The notes beneath the pieces were generated by a model. It saw only the letters and a program-made list of their open reading frames with translations. It did not search any database and was not told where the DNA came from. Made by a program: the position numbers and the translations under genes. Of a stretch of DNA of 64,000 bases, positions 55,050-64,000 are shown piece by piece (positions within the stretch are counted from its first letter, which is position 1; each line of letters starts with the position of its first letter). The stretch is from a virus, in the IMG/VR virus record IMGVR_UViG_3300022602_000037; one strand, written 5' to 3'.

Positions 55050-55941
55050 AGCGTTTTACTCTCCGGGGTGCATTATGATATACCGTTTTGAAAAATTTAC
55101 TGCCAGCAGGATCTAAGTTAGCAATTTCTAAACCACATTTTGATTTCAATTCACTTGCTAAAAAATTAACATAATCAGAATTTGTAGTGGTACTGGCATT
55201 TGCATGTCTAGTATTCCAATAATCTAATAACCAATCAAAATCTCTAACATTGCTATAGTCCCAATCAGTACAATTGGTCATATAAGTGCCTTCCCGTGCG
55301 CCTAAAATACTCCAAATGCCATTTTCAACATCGGTTCCTACACTACACCAAATCAATAATCTATTGTAGTTTTGCCAATGAGATTTTTTGAGGTCAGGAA
55401 CTTTGGCACCTTGGTCTAATGACATTTTTACACCTTCCCTGAATCCTGCTCGCCATGCTTGAAAAGGACTTCCGTTTGTAAAACTTTCACTGTAGTTTTC
55501 AGAGAATTGAAAATAGTATTCATCAAAACAAAATTCAACTAATCCTTTAGTATCATTAGGATCACTGTTTTCATGAGTGCGCATATTGTTGACAAAATCA
55601 GGAGTCCACATTTTAAGTCCACCGTTGCCATACATTAGTCCATTCACATGAACATTGCCGCACCAACTGAATACGTGTTTAGATGTTAAACCCAATGCAT
55701 CTAGATCTATCTCAACTTCTAAAAATTTAGGATCAACAATATTATCTCCGTCCACAGTTACAAAGTATTCGGTTTCGCACTGAGCGGCGCAGGCCTTGTG
55801 TGCCGCATCACTGCCTTTAACACCATGTACACGTTTGGCCCAAGGAATTTTAGTCAATAAATCTGCATAGTGTTTTTCAGCATTAGGTTCGTCATAGCTG
55901 AGAAAAATAACATCTTGCTCAATTACTTTTATCTTAGTCAT
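55042..55941 (-). CDS. Glycosyltransferase-like protein (GT-A, DxD)
   Basis: IFLSYDEP, RVHGVKG, FVTVDGD, NGLMYGNGG, AWRAGFREGVK. Confidence 0.6.
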   Translation of the reverse strand: MTKIKVIEQDVIFLSYDEPNAEKHYADLLTKIPWAKRVHGVKGSDAAHKACAAQCETEYFVTVDGDNIVDPKFLEVEIDLDALGLTSKHVFSWCGNVHVNGLMYGNGGLKMWTPDFVNNMRTHENSDPNDTKGLVEFCFDEYYFQFSENYSESFTNGSPFQAWRAGFREGVKMSLDQGAKVPDLKKSHWQNYNRLLIWCSVGTDVENGIWSILGAREGTYMTNCTDWDYSNVRDFDWLLDYWNTRHANASTTTNSDYVNFLASELKSKCGLEIANLDPAGSKFFKTVYHNAPRRVKRYV

Positions 55942-56509
55942 TTGTTGCTTCGCTTATAGTTAGTTTATATTCTAAAGTTGAATCAGTAAACAAAGAAATA
56001 TCATTTATAGATTTTTCATAATTAGATTCAAAAGGTATAACAAGTTTATCTAGTATGAGATCTTTGAAAATTAAATTAAAACTTCTAATTAGATAATTTT
56101 TTTCATTTTCAAGAGTTAGATATAACTGAACAGAATCTCCGATAAGTTTTTTATCGTAAAATTTTTGTCTTGTTGTTTCGGTCAATAAAAATGTCCAATG
56201 TTCACCCCAAAAAATTTCTATGTCTGGTGTTTTAGAGTCATTTATTAATTTTAATTTTTTAACTTTTATTGATATTTTATCAGCAGTGATATAAATCAAT
56301 TCACCATTTTCAACTTTAATATCTGCAAGTTTATTTTTACCTGTGACTATATTTTCGTAGTCTGTATAAGTAATTTCGATAGAATTAATTGTATTAGATT
56401 TTTCATTAGAAACAGAAATTACATTACCTAATTCGTCATAATGCGCATGAAAAGAAGGATTCCAAACTTGTGGAGGATCGGCAAATTTTATTTTTTTCTT
56501 TTTAGGCAT
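55934..56509 (-). CDS. Hypothetical protein within the GT cassette
   Basis: 191 aa, overlapping both neighbours. Confidence 0.6.
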   Translation of the reverse strand: MPKKKKIKFADPPQVWNPSFHAHYDELGNVISVSNEKSNTINSIEITYTDYENIVTGKNKLADIKVENGELIYITADKISIKVKKLKLINDSKTPDIEIFWGEHWTFLLTETTRQKFYDKKLIGDSVQLYLTLENEKNYLIRSFNLIFKDLILDKLVIPFESNYEKSINDISLFTDSTLEYKLTISEATND

Positions 56510-57344
56510 TTGGTAATGACTCCAACTTTTTTAACAGGTCAGGTGTTACAAAATTCTTTTCAACATAATGAAATACTTTAGGTTGCTTAATGTTGTTTAT
56601 TAATAATTCACCTTTAGAATTAAAAGTTGCCGATGCAACATCTTGCCAGCTATCAGGAATGAGGTTCCATCCTTGTATAGGCGCTTTCATATGAACAAAT
56701 TCCATAGGATTATTAATATCTAGGACTTGTTCTTGGGCCCCCATCATTTCAATTGTAATAGCTACTGCTAAATCCATACTTGGCCAATCTTGATATTTTT
56801 CTGGTGCAAAAATAGTCCAACATTTTTGCCAGTTGGAACATACAAATTCTAGCATCTTATAAAAATTATCTGCAAATTTTGATTTCTTAAAATAATGTAG
56901 AGCGTAGTATGGATTAGTTAAGTTGTTTGTTAAAAAAGTTTCTCTATGAAATGTATCTTTTATAACAGGTTCTAATTTGTAATTCATAATTCTATTACAA
57001 AATTTAACATCAAAATTACTACAATACTTCCACCATTGATCTATATCGCCTAATATCAACATATCGGAATCTAAAACCATAGTTTCATCATATGGCGATG
57101 CACTATATAACTGATATCTATGTTCTGTTTTAAGAGCGCTATTTTGATCTTGATTAAAATAGGGAATAGGAATTACTTGATCAAATAATTTTTTATATTT
57201 TTTTGGAACAAAGTCATCGGTAACAATAGAAATATTTTTAACCGTTATTTGACTAGATTTTATACTCAAAGCAAGAGCATAGGCCTGTTGAACATAATCC
57301 ACTGTATCTGTATTTTGAGCAAATACTAAAAATCCTTTAGACAC
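56502..57344 (-). CDS. Nucleotide-diphospho-sugar transferase (GT8/mannosyltransferase-like)
   Basis: YVQQAYALALSIK, FDQVIPI, SPYDETMVLDSD, C-terminal FVHMK/FHY. Confidence 0.7.
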   Translation of the reverse strand: MSKGFLVFAQNTDTVDYVQQAYALALSIKSSQITVKNISIVTDDFVPKKYKKLFDQVIPIPYFNQDQNSALKTEHRYQLYSASPYDETMVLDSDMLILGDIDQWWKYCSNFDVKFCNRIMNYKLEPVIKDTFHRETFLTNNLTNPYYALHYFKKSKFADNFYKMLEFVCSNWQKCWTIFAPEKYQDWPSMDLAVAITIEMMGAQEQVLDINNPMEFVHMKAPIQGWNLIPDSWQDVASATFNSKGELLINNIKQPKVFHYVEKNFVTPDLLKKLESLPNA

Positions 57345-58185
57345 CTAAACCTCCATCAATATATCTTCCTAAACTAGCTTTATTCATAATATGTACATCT
57401 AGACCACTAGTTTTAACTAAAGTATATTCGCCTAGGTATTTTTCTTTTTCTACTAAAAATTTCATCTTATCATCTTTAGATTCAATTAAAATATCTCGGT
57501 CCATTATATAAGTCATTTTACCTGGAAGTTCTACTGCAAATACGCCTTCGGTTTTTCCGTTCATAATATGTATAGCAATACTAAATGCTATATCATTTCT
57601 ATATGTTGGTGAATCGATAGAATATAGCAATTTGTAATAATTCCAATTTGTTTTAATATAATCTAACAGATCAAAAAAACATCCTACAATATAATTTTTT
57701 TGAAATACAAATGCTGTGGCCCAGTAGAAAGGAATACTGTATTGATTTATTCTTGTAAACTCTGCATTAGACCTCCATCCTGCAAGATCAAAGCTATTTC
57801 GATAAATTTGAAAATCGTGTTCCATTTCTAGTGCAGGTGCAAGTACACTAGAATTTAATATATAATCGCTGTCAATGACTAGAGTAGTTTCGTATGGAGT
57901 TAACTTATATACATTAGTTCTGGATTCATTTTTCCATTCTAAAGTTCTATTTGAAATTGATCCATCGTAAAATTTTTTAACTTGTGCTGTTGTAGAAAAA
58001 TCTAAATCAATAATTTGATCAAAAGGATGATCTGGATGACTTTTTTCTAACCATCCTCTGCTATCTGTAATAATACTTACAGGAATATTCAAATATTGTT
58101 TTATTCTTTTAGCTGAAAAAATTGCCAGTTTAACATAATCAACACCTGAATTATTTTGAGCAAAAATTATGGCGCCAGTTGTCAT
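57337..58185 (-). CDS. Nucleotide-diphospho-sugar transferase (paralog)
   Basis: DYVKLAIFSAKRIK, FDQII, TPYETTLVIDSD, YRNDIAFS, VHIMNK. Confidence 0.7.
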   Translation of the reverse strand: MTTGAIIFAQNNSGVDYVKLAIFSAKRIKQYLNIPVSIITDSRGWLEKSHPDHPFDQIIDLDFSTTAQVKKFYDGSISNRTLEWKNESRTNVYKLTPYETTLVIDSDYILNSSVLAPALEMEHDFQIYRNSFDLAGWRSNAEFTRINQYSIPFYWATAFVFQKNYIVGCFFDLLDYIKTNWNYYKLLYSIDSPTYRNDIAFSIAIHIMNGKTEGVFAVELPGKMTYIMDRDILIESKDDKMKFLVEKEKYLGEYTLVKTSGLDVHIMNKASLGRYIDGGLGV

Positions 58186-58532
58186 AGTTCAATAATATCA
58201 GTAATTCTTCGTTTGGTTCTAATATTATGATATTTGAGTGCATAATCATCACAGGCTTTGAAATAAAACTCAGTGATATCATTAAAAAATTTCTGCACAT
58301 CTGAAATAACAACAGGCAATGAATTTGAATCAACAAATACCGTATCTGTTGTTCTTCCAATATTAATTGCTATTTGAACAAGACTAATTAGTTCAGGAGT
58401 TATTTTGAAAGTCGAACCGTTGGTGTAGTATAGTAGACTTTGATTAAATTCTTCTAGTATTATTCTGCGCTGATTTGATAGCGTAGCCATAAAATTGGCT
58501 GTAGCAAATGCTTTTTCAATTCTTTCGTCCAT
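58182..58532 (-). CDS. Hypothetical protein (possibly tail-fibre assembly/DUF4376-like)
   Basis: 116 aa directly downstream of tail genes. SD GGAG. Confidence 0.5.
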   Translation of the reverse strand: MDERIEKAFATANFMATLSNQRRIILEEFNQSLLYYTNGSTFKITPELISLVQIAINIGRTTDTVFVDSNSLPVVISDVQKFFNDITEFYFKACDDYALKYHNIRTKRRITDIIEL

Positions 58533-58551
58533 AGATAACTCCGTAGTCTAT

Positions 58552-58580
58552 ATAATATACTACTTTAATTATCTTGTCAA
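58552..58580 (-). promoter_or_regulatory. Sigma70-type promoter for the GT cassette
   Basis: Minus strand TTGACA (58580-58575), 17 nt, TATTAT. Confidence 0.55.
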
Positions 58581-58598
58581 TGAATTAAGAGTGGTTAA

Positions 58599-59501
58599 TT
58601 ACGGCCCAGTACTGGTAACACTTGGTAAGTAGTTTGTAACAGATACATTTGAACCCGAAGCATAGTATCCTTGTACATTGCTTACTAATGTACCTTCGAC
58701 GTTTTCGTCTACACCCCAAGGAGGATTTGGTTGCCCTGATTGATCTTGGAATTGTATGCTATAAGTAATAATAGATCCAGTACCATCTACTTTAGCATAT
58801 ATATCGTATTGGTTTGGACTATATGTTGGACTAGTAGTTGCTCTAGTAAACAAAGTTTGGAAATTAGTATTTAATTGATAAAATCCAATACTACCTGCGG
58901 CTGTTCCTGAACCCGAAGTAACTGTACTATTTAGGTTCATAGTAATTGTTCCCATGTTGGTCAACAATGTAGCCCAGTCATTACTTTTTTGATAACTGCC
59001 GTCTTGAGGATAGTTTGTCAAACTTGCACTAAATTGAACATTGCCACCAGAATTAAAATACCATCTTGCGGCATTATAGTTAGGAAATTGTAAAGTTACT
59101 GTATGTGTAACTGTTCCGTTCCATGCTGTTGTTCGAGTACTACTGCTAAATGTAGTCAATGTTGCTTGTCCAGCAGGAGGAGTTGCATTAACACTAGATA
59201 AGATAGCTTGTGCATAGTTATAATAAGTTGCACGGTCGGCTTCACGTACTAGAGTATTAGTTGTTAATACTGGTAAATTTCCACTTTCATTTACACCAGT
59301 TTGATGCTGACGAGCGGCTAATAAATCGTTACGTAAATTGATCCAGTCGCTTGCTTGAATTTTTCCGCCGACTGAAACTGAATTACTAGTAACTGTTTGG
59401 CCGTATCCAACATTGCTTGAGCCAGCACCTAACACATTAGATATAGTTGTCTGTATTGCGTTATAGTCACTAGCTCGAATTGGGGTTCCTACACCAGCCA
59501 T
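58599..59501 (-). CDS. Virion structural protein (tail/baseplate)
   Basis: T/S/N-rich. IRASDYNAI...YGQT...DWINL and ARWYFNSGG motifs. Tail gene context. Confidence 0.6.
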   Translation of the reverse strand: MAGVGTPIRASDYNAIQTTISNVLGAGSSNVGYGQTVTSNSVSVGGKIQASDWINLRNDLLAARQHQTGVNESGNLPVLTTNTLVREADRATYYNYAQAILSSVNATPPAGQATLTTFSSSTRTTAWNGTVTHTVTLQFPNYNAARWYFNSGGNVQFSASLTNYPQDGSYQKSNDWATLLTNMGTITMNLNSTVTSGSGTAAGSIGFYQLNTNFQTLFTRATTSPTYSPNQYDIYAKVDGTGSIITYSIQFQDQSGQPNPPWGVDENVEGTLVSNVQGYYASGSNVSVTNYLPSVTSTGP

Positions 59502-59526
59502 TTTTTATCCTTTTATAACTTTTATT

Positions 59527-61017
59527 TTAGAGTATAACACATTCAACAAGTGTTTCTGTTACAGTAGAACAATCTTCAAGTGCAATAGCAAAACAAATAG
59601 GTACATTATCATCTGCACTGAACATTACACTCATACTTACAGCTACTCCATTTCCATAAGAAGCCATTTGATCGCCTTTACTGCAACCTCCAACAACTCT
59701 AACTGGAATACGTCCTTTAAGTGCTACATATTGTCCGCCTTCTAAAGCAGAATTCATCATATATGCTGGATTAGTACTAATAGCGCCGATTGGTCTGCTG
59801 CCATAAGTTGCGGCAACAACTTCAGCTGAACCACCTACACATACTACTGTTCCTGGTGGATATTCTTCTTGTGTTAAATATTTTTCTGCCAAGTCAGCAT
59901 AATAACTTGTTGTACTTGCACCATTAAAAATTGTTGCATTAACATTACCGTTACCGTCACGAACTACTACTGTATTTGGACTTGAATTTGCACTCGGTGT
60001 AATAACTGTACTGTTATATGCTAGACCAGATGCACTTGTAGCGTTTCCATTAAACGTTGTTGCCCAAACATTTGACCATTGATAATTTTGATTACCTAAA
60101 TTGCTAGTTGCAGTTTGTCCTGGCAATACGTCTGCTCCAACTAGTTGCATTGGAGTAACAGTACTCGAACTTACTGTTGTTTGGAAAACAATAGTGTTGT
60201 TTGATTGATTTTGAATAGTAGGAGTACTACTATTATTGTTAAACACACGTAGACGAGCAACTGGATTACCAACTGTATATCCAACGTCCGCAAAATTTAC
60301 AACAGTACTAAATGCCGCAGATCCAGCTTGAACAAAATTACTTGCGGCAAGGCCACCTAATTTATCTGAGTTAGTAGCTGTTCCCCAGAATCTATGAGCA
60401 CTTGTTGTAACTCCTGGTGTACTATTGTTATTGGTATAACATAGTGTTACACCTTGTTGTATCTGTGTAAACCCTGTAATAGGATTTACTGTATTATCTA
60501 GAGTAAATGCGCTGTCTGGACTAATTATAAAAATAACTTGACCATTATCTACAGCTTCAATTACTGTATGACTTGTGCCAAATGTATCTTTAACACTGGT
60601 ACTTAACATTTCTGTAGTTCCAGATCCTGCAACTGCTTGTGGACCAACTAGAGTAAATGTAGTACCATTCCATGCAAACAACTGGCTAGTTGTTGTATCA
60701 AACCAAAAATCGCCCACTGTTAACCCGCTCGGAGCAATAGCTCCAATTTCAGCACCACCAGTTGTACGGAATTGTGTACCGTCCCAGAATTTTAGCTTGC
60801 TTGTACCGCTGTCGAACCAGATCTGGCCAGTTTGTGGACTAGATGGCGGTGTTGAATTTGCAAAATTTTCAAGCAAATAAACGAAATTTTCGTTCTGAAT
60901 CGCACCGTAGCCGGCGTAATTTTTACCTACTAGTTTGAGATTTGTAGTTGCATCAACTGTGCCATCGGCAATTGTTGCTAGTAATGTTCCATTATAATGA
61001 TTGATAGTATATGCCAT
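59527..61017 (-). CDS. Tail fibre/baseplate protein (LLENFA family) with C-terminal chaperone-like domain
   Basis: N-terminal LVGKNYAGYG...NENFVYLLENFA...GQIWFD. C-terminal YADLAEKY...PGTVV...VALKGRIPV. Confidence 0.7.
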   Translation of the reverse strand: MAYTINHYNGTLLATIADGTVDATTNLKLVGKNYAGYGAIQNENFVYLLENFANSTPPSSPQTGQIWFDSGTSKLKFWDGTQFRTTGGAEIGAIAPSGLTVGDFWFDTTTSQLFAWNGTTFTLVGPQAVAGSGTTEMLSTSVKDTFGTSHTVIEAVDNGQVIFIISPDSAFTLDNTVNPITGFTQIQQGVTLCYTNNNSTPGVTTSAHRFWGTATNSDKLGGLAASNFVQAGSAAFSTVVNFADVGYTVGNPVARLRVFNNNSSTPTIQNQSNNTIVFQTTVSSSTVTPMQLVGADVLPGQTATSNLGNQNYQWSNVWATTFNGNATSASGLAYNSTVITPSANSSPNTVVVRDGNGNVNATIFNGASTTSYYADLAEKYLTQEEYPPGTVVCVGGSAEVVAATYGSRPIGAISTNPAYMMNSALEGGQYVALKGRIPVRVVGGCSKGDQMASYGNGVAVSMSVMFSADDNVPICFAIALEDCSTVTETLVECVIL

Positions 61018-61065
61018 CTCATCCTATTCCTTTTGCTTGAGTATTTATCATTGTTTTGTTCCTTA

Positions 61066-62238
61066 TTACCACGTGCTAAGAGCCGCTCTTTTCCAAGTAT
61101 TTGTGGCAATACAGATATAAACATATGAATTATCCCATGTAATCTGACCTTTTACACCTGTACTTGAACTTGTAGCTGGTGTATAGGAAGTTGTTACATT
61201 TAATGCTGTTCCTGTTAGGGCCGCTCCCGAAGTGATTGCTCCTGTTGCTTGAATTGTAGTTCCAGCAGTAATTGAAGTTGTTGCTATTAATGAAGTTGTG
61301 CTACGAATTGAACCAACAACATCTAAAGAATACTGAGGATTATTTGTAAAAATGCCAACTGATTGGGCACTAGAGTTTACAAATATTGCCGGACTTGTTC
61401 CAGACTGACTTAAAGTAGCTATTTCAAAGTTTTGATTAGCTATGTTTGATTTAATCTGAAATAATGAAGTGCTAATATCAATTTCATTATTAGAAAATGG
61501 TCCTAATACCAGCGGAGTTCCTGCTTGTATTGTCAAAGATCCAGTAATTGTTTGTGTAGTTGCTACTGTTTGTATAAAATTATCTGCTGTATGAGATACT
61601 CCGGCAGCATCTAATAATTTAGTTGCAGTAAGTACTGGTACATTAAATTGTAATCCATTCAAGGTTGAAGCATTAAACCCTACACCTATGCTTCCCGAAA
61701 ACCCTGTTATTGCTTCCTTAGGAGTAAATGCTGTTGAACTAAAAATTCCAAGTAACGATTTTCCTACATATAGATACACAATAGTATGACTTAAATTATT
61801 TGAATCTACAATATCATCGACAAAAAATCCATTTTGCCCTTGGGTAGAAGTGTATATTGGTCCACATAATATATTAGACACGCCATCATTAAAATATAAT
61901 TGACTAGTTCCACTATCTATCCATATATCGCCTGTTGTTAAACTACTAGGAACTGTAGCACCTATAAGCGTACCGCCGGTTACTTTGAATTGCACACCAT
62001 CGTATACTTTTAATCTGTTTTGTGTAGTATCAAACCATAATTGTCCTATGATAGGGTTGTTAGGTTGACTAGTATTAGCAAAATTTTCTAATATGTGTAC
62101 AAAATTATCATTGATGAATACACCGTACCCTGTAGAATTTTTACCTATCAAGGTCAAATCAGTAGTAGTTTGGTCTATTGTACCATCTACAATTTCAGTT
62201 AGTGTGCTTCCATCAGTTTTAAGAATTGAATAACTCAT
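61066..62238 (-). CDS. Tail fibre/baseplate protein (LLENFA-family paralog)
   Basis: LIGKNSTGYG...NDNFVHILENFA...GQLWFD. C-terminal GQITWDNSYVYICIATNTWKR. Confidence 0.7.
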   Translation of the reverse strand: MSYSILKTDGSTLTEIVDGTIDQTTTDLTLIGKNSTGYGVFINDNFVHILENFANTSQPNNPIIGQLWFDTTQNRLKVYDGVQFKVTGGTLIGATVPSSLTTGDIWIDSGTSQLYFNDGVSNILCGPIYTSTQGQNGFFVDDIVDSNNLSHTIVYLYVGKSLLGIFSSTAFTPKEAITGFSGSIGVGFNASTLNGLQFNVPVLTATKLLDAAGVSHTADNFIQTVATTQTITGSLTIQAGTPLVLGPFSNNEIDISTSLFQIKSNIANQNFEIATLSQSGTSPAIFVNSSAQSVGIFTNNPQYSLDVVGSIRSTTSLIATTSITAGTTIQATGAITSGAALTGTALNVTTSYTPATSSSTGVKGQITWDNSYVYICIATNTWKRAALSTW

Positions 62239-64000
62239 TATATGGCACCAGTAAAGATTATGTAATTAATAGTAGTATAAGGCTGAAGTACAGTAAATGG
62301 AGTGGCAAGCGAAGGACTTATCACGCTACCACTATCCTGTAATCCGTAACCTTGACCGTCTTGCGATTGAACTGTTAAACCACGACCGGTAGCTACATTA
62401 CTATATGGGTCTGTTGACGGATTTGGGCCGCCTACAGCAAAATACTGTGCGTTACCATCATTTAGACTGTGTTTGTGATCTGGCAAGTTACTTAATTGTA
62501 AGGTAACAGTTTGACTACCGCCCGATGCTCCTATGGTATCTGCTGTAACATCGCTAATTCTGTTAGCAATACCTCCGCCGGCATTAATTTGTATTCCAGA
62601 ACCGTCGGCAGCAGGAACAGTTAATCCGTTGTTCATGTTATCTGCACCAAGTGGAATACGTCCTCTTAAATCTGGTAAAGCAAATGTACTCAAACCAGTT
62701 AATAAAATTGCCGCTTTGTATGTATAACCTATTACTGCAAACAATTGAGGATATGCACTTATTTGTATTTCGCTACCATCACACAACAAATAACCTGTTG
62801 GAAGATTTGTAACAGATCCTGCATAGACAAACATGGATCCAACTGGAACTGTTGCTACGTGTTTTAATAAATTTTGTTTTTGCATCTTAACTAGCTGACT
62901 AGTTGATGCTTGGAATACTAATAGTTGATCGTTGAGTGCTGAATCAGTAGCTTCATTTTTACTGGTAATAATACCCGAGTTAATACTTGTATTAAATACC
63001 ACAGTTCCTGTAGCAGTTTGTCCGTCAAATGTAATACCAGGACTTGTAACGTCACCAGTTAATGAAAATACAGTAGAAGATTGCAATTTTGCGGCGGCAC
63101 CTGTGATGCTTCCGGTCAAACTACCTGTGAATGTTCCGCTAAAATTACCTTGGAAAGCCTGAGCATAAATGTTTCTAAATGGTCTAGCTACCGTTCCAAT
63201 ATCATACAGATTGGCAGCACTGTCAGTCCCTGGCTGAATTACACTGGCAGCTACTGGATTACCGTTGACATCGAGATAATTAATATAATATTGCCCATAA
63301 CTAGTAACATCGTCACCTAGAGAAGTTTTTTTACCTACACTTAATCCGCCTGCTGTTTGAATACTTGCTCCGCCTGGATCAAACGGGCTTGTGCTAGCTG
63401 TTCCTACATCACTAGTTCCAGTAATAACTAATCTTCCTGGTACTACACTTGCCGGAACTGATCCTATAAAACTCAATGTAGCTGTACCGTCTGTGCCAGT
63501 ACCTGAAGTAAACACAGGGCCACTAGTTCCACTTATACCTGCTACAATAACTTGATAGTAATAATTGTTGTAAACGATATATGTATTAATACTAAATGGA
63601 GTATTAGCTGTCCATGTTACTGCATGACTACTTGGATCATCTTTAATTGTTAATCCGCCAATAATATCTAATGTACTTTGAGGATTGGCGTTGTTTGTAC
63701 CAATACCTAACTTAGCATCTGCTGTCAAATGCATTGCTGTAATAACTGTTCCTGCATTATTTGTAGCAAATTCTATAGCGTTTCCACTATTTTTTGAATA
63801 CAAAACTGTAGTATTACCAGTAATACCAAGGTTAAAACCTAAACTAGCACCAATTGTAATACCGCCATCATTACGAACGTTAATTGGATAATTGGCAATA
63901 GTTGTAGTATCACCTCTTAAAAAGTTTGCCGCGGCAACTGTTGTTGTTCCAACTAGCAAAGCATCAGCTTGTTGAGCGGTTCCCCATATTCTAGACAAGC
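62238..64000 (-). CDS. Tail fibre with tail-collar domain (5'-partial)
   Basis: VPVGSMFVYAG...PTGYLLCDGSE...YPQLFAVIG...FALPDLRGR collar motif and terminal QPYTTINYII. Frame runs off the window end. Confidence 0.85.
   Translation of the reverse strand, partial: LSRIWGTAQQADALLVGTTTVAAANFLRGDTTTIANYPINVRNDGGITIGASLGFNLGITGNTTVLYSKNSGNAIEFATNNAGTVITAMHLTADAKLGIGTNNANPQSTLDIIGGLTIKDDPSSHAVTWTANTPFSINTYIVYNNYYYQVIVAGISGTSGPVFTSGTGTDGTATLSFIGSVPASVVPGRLVITGTSDVGTASTSPFDPGGASIQTAGGLSVGKKTSLGDDVTSYGQYYINYLDVNGNPVAASVIQPGTDSAANLYDIGTVARPFRNIYAQAFQGNFSGTFTGSLTGSITGAAAKLQSSTVFSLTGDVTSPGITFDGQTATGTVVFNTSINSGIITSKNEATDSALNDQLLVFQASTSQLVKMQKQNLLKHVATVPVGSMFVYAGSVTNLPTGYLLCDGSEIQISAYPQLFAVIGYTYKAAILLTGLSTFALPDLRGRIPLGADNMNNGLTVPAADGSGIQINAGGGIANRISDVTADTIGASGGSQTVTLQLSNLPDHKHSLNDGNAQYFAVGGPNPSTDPYSNVATGRGLTVQSQDGQGYGLQDSGSVISPSLATPFTVLQPYTTINYIIFTGAI

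Noticed and set aside
59527-63998. Diversity-generating retroelement or invertible tail-fibre cassette
   Set aside because: No reverse transcriptase or invertase in the window and no near-identical repeat pair noticed; fibre paralogs are similar only at protein level.
1-64000. Stop-codon reassignment (alternative genetic code seen in some large phages)
   Set aside because: Conserved genes (polB, clpA, folE, queE, thyX) are full length under the standard code and ORFs tile densely with overlapping stops and starts.
1-64000. CRISPR array, tRNA genes, integrase/transposase, introns or inteins
   Set aside because: No regularly spaced direct repeats, cloverleaf-like intergenic segments or mobile-element motifs were seen, and polB, clpA and phoH have normal lengths. 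Checked by eye only.

Overview
A gene-dense, AT-rich 64-kb segment of a large T4-related (jumbo-type) myovirus genome. The host is probably Gram-negative, inferred from two-component spanins. Left to right: (1) tail/baseplate genes; (2) a truncated DnaE-like ORF, GroES, clamp loader, a sulfotransferase + APS-kinase/nucleotidyltransferase + DUF2061 module, and phoH; (3) a lysis cassette (GH19 endolysin, i/o-spanin, holin with an FG-repeat tail); (4) DnaJ-peptide deformylase-ClpA; (5) a ~10-kb block of probable head-internal/ejection proteins with T4-like capsid-targeting N-termini, plus Dps; (6) DsbA-like protein, family B DNA polymerase and sliding clamp; (7) a 7-deazaguanine DNA-modification region (DpdA/TGT-like, QueD-like, FolE, QueE; no QueC/QueF in the window) interleaved with a nucleotide-sugar dehydrogenase, two sugar-type oxidoreductases and a GT-B glycosyltransferase; (8) RNase H, MoxR-vWA and ThyX; (9) on the minus strand, tail-fibre genes followed by four GT-A glycosyltransferases. 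The best candidate for an undescribed system is a sugar-decorated 7-deazaguanine DNA hypermodification pathway. Other candidates are a tandem covarying RNA element in the polymerase leader, a sulfation module, a virion-glycosylation cassette and nested domain insertions in a tail fibre. All family calls come from motif recognition by eye; no searches were run.
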